In this document: positions 51,787 through 60,692 of the stretch, one piece after another
Layout: every line of letters begins with the position of its first letter
Numbering within the stretch: position 1 is the stretch's first letter
Source: Lama guanicoe
Lineage: Eukaryota
Length of the DNA stretch: 64,000 nucleotides
Direction of reading: 5' to 3'
NCBI GenBank assembly: GCA_013239625.1
Contig: MU053934.1
Span: 3,180,399 to 3,244,398 of the forward strand
Position numbers and translations under genes: made by a program
Notes under the pieces: model-generated
The model's database searches: none
The model's input: the letters and a program-made list of their open reading frames with translations, nothing else
What the model was told of the DNA's origin: nothing

Positions 51787-52227
51787 ACCAACTCCCAGGG
51801 AGGCAAAAGGCATCAGGAAAAGTCCATGGGTCAAGAGCCACCAGAGCTACAGGGACTGCTGACCCCAGCTGGGGCTGCTGAATGCCTCCATGTGACATCA
51901 CTCATGGAGGAAGAGTTCATTGCCAAGGAGTCCGCTCCAAGTTCCCCTACAGCAATCCAGGCAGAGTCCAGGGGTTTCCCAGAGGAGGGGTTTGCAGCAG
52001 TTGGAGAGCAAAGGAGTCTAAGGAGAGGGGGAGGGGCTCTGCCTACTGGGGAGACCAGGAGGCTGGGGCTTGGAGGTGGGCTCCAGGCACCACCTGAGCG
52101 AAGGTTTGACAGTTCAGCCTGAAGTCACTGGATGAAGCCGCAAGCTGCGTGCCTGATCAGAGAGACAAGTTGCATCTCTTGATCCCTGAGAAGGAGCAGG
52201 GGTGGTTCATAGCTATGGAGAAAAGGG
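51787..52227 (+). repeat. Copy D: exact tandem duplicate of 51344-51784 (offset 443 bp)
   Basis: Identical ORF translations at 51439 and 51882; junction ..GAGAAAAGGG-AA-ACCAACTCCC. Confidence 0.95.
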
Positions 52228-52764
52228 TAGGAAGAGGCAGGCAGCCTGGAAGTTGACTTTGGCAATGGCCAGGAGGAGACCTACTTAGGGTCCCACTTAA
52301 CCATAACCCTCTGAGGACAGACAGCCTATGAGAAACTGGAGACCCCGGCCACTGTAGGGGGCATAATCCCCAGGAGTCAGCTGAGATTTAAGTGAGGCCA
52401 AAATGCCCCTCCATCTCTAAGGCCTGGATCCAGTGATGATGGAGGCCAGGACATCAGGAAGGGAGGGGGGCATATGGCGGAGGCGCTTCCAGGTTTCCAG
52501 GGAGAGAGGCTGTCAGGGGCCCTAGCCGGCTAGGCTCGGGGGTTGGGGGAACAGTGCTCCTTCAGTTCCCTAATGGTCCACCCTCAGTCGGCAGACATAC
52601 TTCTTTTTCCCTTGACCATGGGCGGAGACTGCCTGTTGATGGGCCCCATCCCTTAACCCTGCGTGTGAGGCTCTGGTGAGAAGGGGAGATGGGAACCGAG
52701 GCACCAGAAACTGGAGGCGCTAGGACCCCAACTTGCAGAGGCTGGGGGGGTGGGGTTCGACATT

Positions 52765-52806
52765 GAACAAAGACCTTGGCCCTGTGTTTTAAATAAGAAA
52801 TTTATT
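52765..52806 (-). terminator. ELFN2: ELFN2 polyadenylation signal and downstream GU-rich element
   Basis: TTTATT at 52801-52806 (AATAAA on minus), followed on the minus strand by ..TAAAACACAGGGCCAAGGTCTTTGTT (CA cleavage candidate, then a GU-rich tract), preceded by an AT-rich upstream region. Confidence 0.75.
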
Positions 52807-55800
52807 GCAAATATAGAAATTGATTCTCTCCATACAGGAATCTCCGAGTTGAGGAAAACAATTTCGTGCCATTCAGTTTAAAACAGGAAATTGAGAGGGG
52901 TGAGAGGCAGATATAGGGAAGAGAAAATAAATGAAGTTCCCCCCCCCCGCCAAAAAAAAAAAAGAAAAGGAGAGTTCAGGCCCCGCCCCCCCAAGGAGAA
53001 AAGGTCCACACACAGCTGGGGTTCACAGGTTCGTAGCCCGGGGCCAGGAGCCCAACTCTGCAGGACCCAAACCAGGTGCCATGCCACAGGGCAGGGCCGA
53101 GGGGCTGGTGGCTCTTTTAAGGGAAAGGAGGGAGCAGAGGAGCAAGGGTGGACCCCTCGGCCCTGCCCAGCCGTGTGCTTGTTTGGCCAGGGGCCAGGGA
53201 AGGAGAGGAGGCCTCGGTCCTGTCACCCCGCCCCATTCGAGCCCCGGTCCTCTCCCTACTGCTCAGTGGCAGCAGTGACGGACCTTTAACGGGGGACTCT
53301 GAAGCAGATGTGAGAGCAAGGAGTCTATATACTGGTTCTGTCTTAAAAGGTGGGAGGATAGAAGGGCAGGATGGAGGACGAGGAGCAAGGCAGCTCCTGG
53401 GACTGAGGTGGCCTCTGTGGAGCAAAAGTCTTGGCAGGGAGGAGAACAGTATGGGGGTCAGGAGAGCCCGAATCTTCACAGTGGCCTCTGGGCAAACGTC
53501 AGCCCTGCCCCTTAAGCCTCACAGGGGTCAGACACCCCTGGGCTTCCCGGTGCCTTGATCCCCCATCCCCTACCCCAGAAGGAGGGCCCGGTCCATCAGG
53601 AATGGGGTGGGATGCCTCGAAGAGCAGGGGCAGAGTAGTGGGGGAGGGGGCTCAAGGAGGTGTCTGGGGACATCCAGCCCTTCCATCACCCTATTTTAAT
53701 TCTCTGCACAGTCTCCATCACTGGGGAACATTTTGTGGCTATCCCTTCACTGCATGTAAGCCTCTTATAAGTTGGGACCTGTGACTCTTGTCCCCCGTGC
53801 CTGGCCCCTTTCCTGTCCTCAGTCTGTCTTTAACTGGTTTTGAGACCCTAGAAGATTTCCTTCCTTCCCTTTCCTGAGTTTCTGTTTCCCCTTCTGTTAA
53901 ATGGCCAGGACGGAGGAGGCAGATGAGTGACTTCTCACTGGGAACATCAGAGACCCTCAGCCAGGCCCAGGCTCTCTACCCCACCTCTCTGGGGCTCCCC
54001 AAGGCAGTCTGTCTACTCCCATCACCCGGCAGACAGTGCTTTCCCAGCCTGGACACAGGCGGCTGCCACAGTCCTCCTGCTCTGTCCCAGAGGAGGGGTC
54101 AGGGCCGAGAGGCCTTTGGGGGGCAGACAATCCCCTCCTGCAGAAGGGAGAAGCCAGCCTGGGACCCTTGAGGAGGCGGCCGCACCAGACCCAGCTTTCT
54201 TCCTGCCAGACCTCCGCTTTTCACTTCTGGAAGGCCATTAGCTCCAACAGAGAGTTAGCGGTGCTATCGGTGCGCCCCTTCCCAGGAATAGGCACCCGGG
54301 AATTTCCTCTGGAGACTCTCTGACAGGGACAGCAGGCCCAGGCAGGACCCAAGGCTGGGAGGCCTCCCCCAGGAGGTCCAGGGTGGGGTACCCAAATCTC
54401 CACCAGCTGGCTCGCCCCCTCCCCCCCCCCACTCCACCAGACCCCTCCCTGCCTCCCCTCCTCAGCAGCCCCCCTTCCCCTCTCCCCTGGCCACCTGCCC
54501 TCCTGGACTGCCCAGGCCATGGCCCAGGTCCACTATCCTCATCGCCACTACAGATACAGGACCCCAGCCAGCAGATTCCTTGACTTAAGTTTTCATTTGT
54601 CTTTCATGAATATTATACCCGTCCTCCCCGACCACCTCCCGAGGAAGAAGTATATTGAACAAGACACAAGACACAGATGCAGAAAAGCCCCCAGAGGGTG
54701 AGCTAAAGGGCAGCTGCCCCTTCCCCAAAGCCAGGGCCTGGCCTGGGCAGCTGAGGGACCCAGCCTGGCCATGAGGCCAGAGGCCTGAGTTTTAGATCCT
54801 CTTCTGCCTCAGAGGTCCGTATGACCTGGGTTGTGAATGTCACTTCGCCTCCTGGAGTGGAAGACCCTTGTGGTTAGGACAGGGACCTATCCTTTAAAGC
54901 CCCCCAAAGTGAGCCTGTCTGAGGTTTTTATAGGTCATCTTCAACCAGGAATGATGGGAGAATGGCAAGAGGTCATGGGGGCTCTGGCTCCTGCTGCAGG
55001 GAACCGCCCCGCCATGGACAGCTCCAACTCCAGTAAGGCCAGGCCAAGGTCAGGAGTCCCCCTTCCTCCCATGGGCTCCTTCCTCAGGGCCCAAGCCTCC
55101 CTGTAAAGCTGCCCATGAAGCCCCAAGCTCTTGGCCTCCTGTATTCAGCAGTGTGACTGAGCCCCGCCACCTGGCAGGCAAGTCACCAGACCCCTCCTTC
55201 TTTGGGGGCCTGACCTCTTCATCTGCAAAATGCGAGCAAGTGGGACAGAAGAGAGGTTCTCTCACACTCCCCTCCCCGGGGCCTTCCCTGGCAGGGAAGC
55301 AGGGAAGGGGCGAGGACAGATGGGAGGACGGGAGGTGGCACTTGAGGGACCAACATCCAGAAAAACAGGAGGCGGGTGTGGGGCGGGGGCTATGCTTTCG
55401 TGGCACCTGTTTTGGGTCTTTTGCAGAGCTGGCCCCTCCCCAGGTTTCAGGAGCTGCTTCTCAGATCACAACAGGGGGAATGTGGGAGTGGGGGGGTGCG
55501 GGGGGGAAAGGGAGTCTGGACAAACTGGCACATACACGACAGATGTTTGCTCAGAAAAATACAGTAAAATCGTCATGCAAATATAACAGGGAATCTGCTT
55601 TCTCACACCACTGGCTTCTCCGCCTGCTTGCCTTTCTGTTTCGCCAATCCGGTGTGAGGAGGGGCTGGGAGGCAGGTTTGGGGGAGCTGAGGGAGGTCTG
55701 CTCTGCATATCTGTGCTGGCCGCCTCCCTTCCACTCCCCAGGAGAACAGTCCTTTCTTTGCAAATGTCACCCCCAAAGTGAGCCCCGGGCTTGGTCCGTC

Positions 55801-56345
55801 CCCCAAGTGGGTGTGAGAGAGTTGCTCAGTTGAGTCCCAAGGTCCCCTTGTCCTCCACTGTCCTCCCGCAGACCCTAACCCTGGCAGGAAGGTCGCTGGA
55901 GCCTCCCGCCCAGGGAATGGCACTAGCTCTCCTGGTCAGAATCCCCCACACAGTACAGGTCTTGGTCCCATCCCAGCACCCACCCTCACCCCACAGTCAC
56001 ACTCCCGAAATCTCAAGAAACCCAACTGGGTGACAGGCCCAAGGCAGGAGTGTGGGGAGTACAGAGTGGGCTCCTCCCCTTCCTGAGGTGGGCAGGGCGC
56101 CAAGGGGCGCAGTGACAGGTGGGCAAAGCTGCAGTTGTCCCCACCGCCCACCGGCCCACCTCCCAGCCACAGGTGAGGGGACACCCAGACAGTGTTCCAG
56201 ACCCCACAGCCTCAGGACCCCAGATCTGCCTCTCAGGGCACACCCCAGGAAGCCACTAGCTCTTGAGAAAAGTGGCAGCCCCCTCTAGCCCTGTCTTCCC
56301 TCACCGCCCCCTGCCGCCCACACTGAGAGAGAACCCCCAGGAGCC

Positions 56346-56385
56346 CAACGGTCCCAACTGCCAGGCTCTGGATTGCCATGGCGAC
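56346..56385. promoter_or_regulatory. Tandem MYB sites + RFX X-box inside the ELFN2 3'UTR
   Basis: CAACGG 56346-56351, CCAACTGCCA 56354-56363, ATTGCCATGGCGAC 56372-56385; CCGCCC GC boxes just upstream (~56304-56319). Confidence 0.55.
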
Positions 56386-57616
56386 AGAGGCTGGCCAGGG
56401 AGGGGAGGGGCTCCACCAACCCAGCCTCCTCCTTCCCAGCAGGGGTTGGGGGGTGCTCACCGTTTGTGCTTTGTTCGATGTTGGGTGGGGGTCAGCAAGG
56501 GAGGAGTGGCCATTTCCAAAGAAACACAGGAGCCCCTCAGGCCAGGGGATGAGGCAGGGACAGGAAGCCAAGAGGGGATGGGTGGGAAAGCCCTCCTTCC
56601 TCTGGGCAGACTGACATGCTGCCCCAGGAGCCCCTGATGGTGGCCAGGCAGGTGGGAGGCCAGGATGTGGGGGCGTAGGCAGGAAGGCCCCCAAGAGACC
56701 CCACCTCTCTGCTGCCCCCGGGCATCACAGTTCACTGCTGCCCTTCTGGGATGAATAGGGGTCCTGGAGGCCCGGAGAGGCTGGGGGGCCGGGGTGTGGG
56801 GGCCTGCACCTGAGACGTGGTGGCCGCTGGCCCAGCCGCTCTCCTCAGACCCCCTCAGCAGCTCCCAGGCTACTTGGAAGACACTTGAAGGGGGCTGGTG
56901 GAATGTCCCCACATCTTTGCTCCTCTCCTGTCAGCAGGACCTCCCACCTCTTCTGGGTGCTTGTTGGCGCGGAGGGGGGCAATCCCCCCGTCCACTGCAC
57001 ACATGATGTCACAGCTCCACGCTCTGGGGACATGGCCATGAGGCTTTCTAGAAGGGAAAAGCACCCACCTGATTCTCAAGTCCCTCAGCCCCAGGAGACC
57101 ACAGCCCTGGAAATGGTACTGGGTGGACAGAGGGTGAGGTCCCTGGGGGAACCACTGGTGGTGGGGGATAGCACTGAGCTGGGAAGTTGGGAGACAGACT
57201 CTAACCTGCCACGCGACCCTGGGGTTATCACTTCCTTTCTCTGTGCCTCAGTCTCCCCATCCATAAAGGAAGGAAATGATGCTCAATGTCCATCTGCTAC
57301 TAAATCTCCAAGTGACTGGTTCCCCAGCTAGGGGGACCTTTTCCCTGCCTCAGGGGGGCTTCAGTCCGTCCCCACCCCAGGCTCCTTTGCCCCCACACCT
57401 GTCCCTAGTCCCAGAGCCCCAGACCCCACACCCTCTTCTGGCTTCCTCGCCTGCCCCCCTGCCCCTCCCCAGCCCGCACACCCCGGCAGAGTCCCTGGGC
57501 AGCACGGTAAAGACGACTGGTTTCGGTATCAGTGTGTAAACTTTAAGGAGAACATGTCCTTGTTTTCCTGTCCGTTACTGTCGGGTGGTGGTTGTTCACA
57601 GTCAGGTGGTGGTCAG

Positions 57617-57655
57617 GTGTGTGCGTGGGTGCGTGCGTGCGGGTGTGCGTGTGCG
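57617..57655 (+). repeat. Alternating purine-pyrimidine (TGCG/TG)n tract just 3' of the ELFN2 stop codon
   Basis: GTGTGTGCGTGGGTGCGTGCGTGCGGGTGTGCGTGTGCGT. Confidence 0.8.
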
Positions 57656-57761
57656 TCTGCTCCTCGGCCTCGGCCCCCCGCGCGCCCCCTGCCTGGCCGC
57701 CCGGGGCCCTGCCCCACGTGCCCCCGGCCCTCCCGCTCCAACCTCACCGGGGGGGAGAGGG

Positions 57762-60224
57762 TCACAGCTTCTGCTGGGCTGAGACCCCCTTCCAGTAATC
57801 GAGGATGTCGTGCAGGTCCTCGTCCTTGGCGAACTGGACCTTCTTGCGCAGGGCGTGGCCGGCAGCCATGTACACCTCCTCCCGGTGGTGCTTCTTGTAG
57901 GGCCGGAACCGCTCCCAGATCTTGTGCGTGCTCTCGGACGAGTACTCAGGGCTGGAGGAGTACCCTGAGTAGTAGTGTCTGGGGGAGAGCTGCGAGTAGG
58001 TGGAGTCCCGCTTGGAGCGGGTCAGCGGCTTGAGGAAGGACACGCGCTGGCTCAGGCTGTCGGCGCCCTCCTCGTAGTACAGGGCCGGGAAGCTGTGCCG
58101 GTGCTCGCTGCAGTGGTAGGCGGGCTTCACCTCCAGGTGGTGGACGCCGCCCCCGCCGCTGCCCCCGCCGCTGCCCGCTGGCACCAGTGGGAGCCGGTCC
58201 AGTGGGCTGTTTAGGGGGCTGCCCTTCTCGATGTACTTGGAGTCGCCCTTGGCCAGTCCCGTGGCAGCCGGATGATCCGGCACATCCAGGCTGAAGACCT
58301 TGGCACTCTTGATGGAGCCACTAGAGGAGACGCTGCAAGTCTTGCGGGCCACCACGGCGGCATCGGCGCTCAGCTGGCGCTGCAGCGGGTGGTGGGAGCT
58401 CTCCTTGTAAGGGGGTGAGAGGAAGCTGGGCCGCTCCAGCGCCCCGGGGGTGGCAGCTGAAGAGGCAGTGGAGGCTGCAGGGAGGGACTGGCATTCAAAG
58501 GCCATCTCAGGGTCCCCGCTACCACTGCCGCTCCCCAGGAAAGAGGCTGAGTCCAACTTGAGGGCATCGATGCAATTGTTAATGATCTGGTTGACTTTGT
58601 CCACCTCCTTGGCGATGGTGGAGATCTCAGCGGCCGAGCCCTGACCATTCTCCAGGTCAGGGAGGTCATCCTCGGGCCGGGCCAGGCCATCGCCGCCCGT
58701 GCCCGTGCGCACCTCGATATAGTTGCCCTTGGTGGCCACCTTGGGCGTGTCCAGCCCAGCCTCCAGCCCCTTGGAGGTGGGCAGCTTCTCCCCAATCATG
58801 GAGGGGATGGAGGACATTCGGGACACGGGCAGCACGGGGGGCTCACCCAGCTTCTGGGTGGCATGGACGACAGAGCCAGCATCCACATCGGCCCCGTAGC
58901 GCATCTCCAGGATGGTTTTCTTGACCTTGACCGACTTCTGCTTCTCCTCCTGCATGCGGCGCTTGCGCAGGCAGTAGTAGACGGCTCCCAGCACGATGAC
59001 CATGCCGAAGAGGCAGCCCAGGATGGTCATGATGTAGTGGGTGGTGGTGGAGGTGCTGGGCGCCAGGTCGCCCGGGACCGGGTCCCTGGTGGTGAAGGTC
59101 AGGCAGGTGTGGTTGAAGTGGCGGCTGTTGCGCAGTGAGGTCACGCAGAAGGTGTACTCGGTGTGCGCCCGCAGCTTGTCCAGCGTCACGATCTCCTTCT
59201 TGTTCTTGAGCGTCATGACTTCGGAGAAGTAGCTGTTGTTGTACTGGACCAGGACATACATCTTGCTGTAGGGGTGCGGGATGATGACCACCAGGGTGGC
59301 CGAGGTGAAGGTGACATGGTGCAGCTTGATGGCCGGCCCCGCAGAAGCGTCTGTGGTGGACGAGGCAGGCGGCTCCACCGAAAGGATCTCGTCGGGGTTG
59401 AAGCCCGAGTTCTCGTCGGGCTCCCTCTGGGCGTCGGTGGAGTAGGGCGTGGGGTGGCTTGCCGGCCGGGCGGGCAGTGAGCCGTTGCGGCACTTGGCCT
59501 GGAGCACGGTGATGGCATTGAGGCTGTGGTAGGGCCGGGGCACCAGCAGCGGGTAGCCGGCAAACTCCCGCGGAGACTCGCACTGCAGGCGGTCGTAGTT
59601 CTTGGTGACGTTGTTGAAGATCACGAGCCAGGACAGGAAGCCGAAAAGGTCACACTCGCAGTTGAAGGGGTTGCCGGCCAGCTCGCACACCATGAGGCTG
59701 GCCAGGCCGGTGAAGGTGGTGCCGTCAAGGCGGCTGAGGCGGTTGGAGGACAGGTCGATGCTGATGAGGCTCGGGCACTCGGAGAAGGCGGTGGGCGTCA
59801 CCACCTCGATGAGGTTGTGCTGCACGAAGAGGAACTGCAGGCGGCCCATGCCGCGCAGCATGCCCTCGGTCAGGTTGCTGAGCTTGTTGTAGCCCAGCTG
59901 CAGCACCTGCAGGCTCGACTGGCCCAGGAAGGCGCCGTCCTCGATGTAGGAGATCTCGTTCTTGGTGAGGTTGAGGTCGGTGAGGTTCCCGAAGCGGTTG
60001 AGCGAGGAGTAAAGCACGGCCTTGAGCTTGTTCTCGTTGAGCCGCAGGTCGTGCACGGTGCTGTTGATGTGCTGTGGGATGGTCTCGTAGGGCGGCTGGT
60101 TCTGGCTGCAGATGGCCAGCCACACGTACCCCTTGTCGCCCTCGATGAGCCAGCAGTCGGCGCGCACGGTGCCCGGCCGGCACACGCAGAGCAGCGCGGC
60201 GGCGCACAGCCCCAGGCGCAGCAT
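57762..60224 (-). CDS. ELFN2: Extracellular leucine-rich repeat and fibronectin type III domain-containing protein 2 (PP1 regulatory subunit 29), 820 aa, uninterrupted CDS
   Basis: ATG in GCCATG context at 60224 (MLRLGLCAAALLCVC..) to TGA at 57762-57764 gives 2463 nt = 820 aa. Domains: signal peptide, LRRs (LRLNENKL, LNLTKNEI, LQLGYNKL, IDLSSNRL), LRRCT (GNPFNCECDL), FN3 (..LRAHTEYTFCV..), TM helix (YIMTILGCLFGMVIVLGAVYYCL), RVxF PP1-docking motifs (RVSF, KKVQF), C-terminus ..DILDYWKGVSAQQKL. High GC3 and CpG content. Confidence 0.98.
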   Translation of the reverse strand: MLRLGLCAAALLCVCRPGTVRADCWLIEGDKGYVWLAICSQNQPPYETIPQHINSTVHDLRLNENKLKAVLYSSLNRFGNLTDLNLTKNEISYIEDGAFLGQSSLQVLQLGYNKLSNLTEGMLRGMGRLQFLFVQHNLIEVVTPTAFSECPSLISIDLSSNRLSRLDGTTFTGLASLMVCELAGNPFNCECDLFGFLSWLVIFNNVTKNYDRLQCESPREFAGYPLLVPRPYHSLNAITVLQAKCRNGSLPARPASHPTPYSTDAQREPDENSGFNPDEILSVEPPASSTTDASAGPAIKLHHVTFTSATLVVIIPHPYSKMYVLVQYNNSYFSEVMTLKNKKEIVTLDKLRAHTEYTFCVTSLRNSRHFNHTCLTFTTRDPVPGDLAPSTSTTTHYIMTILGCLFGMVIVLGAVYYCLRKRRMQEEKQKSVKVKKTILEMRYGADVDAGSVVHATQKLGEPPVLPVSRMSSIPSMIGEKLPTSKGLEAGLDTPKVATKGNYIEVRTGTGGDGLARPEDDLPDLENGQGSAAEISTIAKEVDKVNQIINNCIDALKLDSASFLGSGSGSGDPEMAFECQSLPAASTASSAATPGALERPSFLSPPYKESSHHPLQRQLSADAAVVARKTCSVSSSGSIKSAKVFSLDVPDHPAATGLAKGDSKYIEKGSPLNSPLDRLPLVPAGSGGGSGGGGVHHLEVKPAYHCSEHRHSFPALYYEEGADSLSQRVSFLKPLTRSKRDSTYSQLSPRHYYSGYSSSPEYSSESTHKIWERFRPYKKHHREEVYMAAGHALRKKVQFAKDEDLHDILDYWKGVSAQQKL

Positions 60225-60692
60225 GGCTCCGGCCGCGGCCCCCGCGCAGGCCAGGCTCAGAGTGGGGGGCCGGGGCTCGAGGGGCCTAGAGGCTGGAGGC
60301 TGGGGCCTGCAGCACAGTCCTCCCTGGGGCCGCCACCATCTTGGGGGCGACCCCCAGCACGGGGGCCCCAGGTGAGGCAGGCACGGCCCGTGCCAACGGC
60401 CAGGGGCGTTCCGGGGTGCTACCCACGGGTGCTGGGCACCGGGGCCAGGTGGGGCTGTGGGCCCCACAGCCTGCTTCCACGAGTTGCTCCTTTCCTGCCG
60501 GGAAGGTACCCAGGCTCTGGGGGCTTGACTTCCTCTCCCTCCGACTCCTCCTCCTCTTCTTCCTCCTGGGGTTCCGGGCTCAGAACTTCAGACAATTCCC
60601 ACGATTCCCACGGGAGGCTGGAGACTGGAGCTCTGAGGGGGGAGCACGAGAGACGGGGGCAGGAAGGAAGAGACCCATCTGTCACCTGGTTC
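60225..60692 (-). other. ELFN2: 5'UTR part of the ELFN2 terminal exon; 3' splice acceptor at 60693-60694, possible alternative acceptor at 60633-60634
   Basis: Minus strand reads gctgatctgtcaccccttctcggtgctgcctttcag|GAACCAGG (branch-point-like CTGAT, pyrimidine tract, CAG). A second acceptor, ctctcgtgctcccccctcag|AGCTCC, lies 60 nt downstream. Confidence 0.65.

Larger units (their letters stand above)
52780..57761 (-). other. ELFN2: ELFN2 3'UTR (~5 kb)
   Basis: Runs from the stop codon to the AATAAA at 52801-52806 (minus strand). Largely free of interspersed repeats, with short AT-rich blocks typical of conserved UTR elements (54580-54670, 55540-55600, 57510-57600). Confidence 0.8.

Noticed and set aside
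46668..52122. Repeated ORF (..MEEEFIAKESAPSS..FDSSA) as a small gene family
   Set aside because: No recognisable homology, the MEEEF ATG is ACG in copy B, and recurrence is explained by DNA duplication. A tBLASTn/PhyloCSF test would settle it.
60225..60467. 81-aa N-terminal extension of the ELFN2 ORF in the ORF track (901 aa)
   Set aside because: Starts at a non-ATG codon, is Pro/Gly-rich UTR-like sequence and would bury the signal peptide; the ATG at 60224 gives the expected 820 aa.
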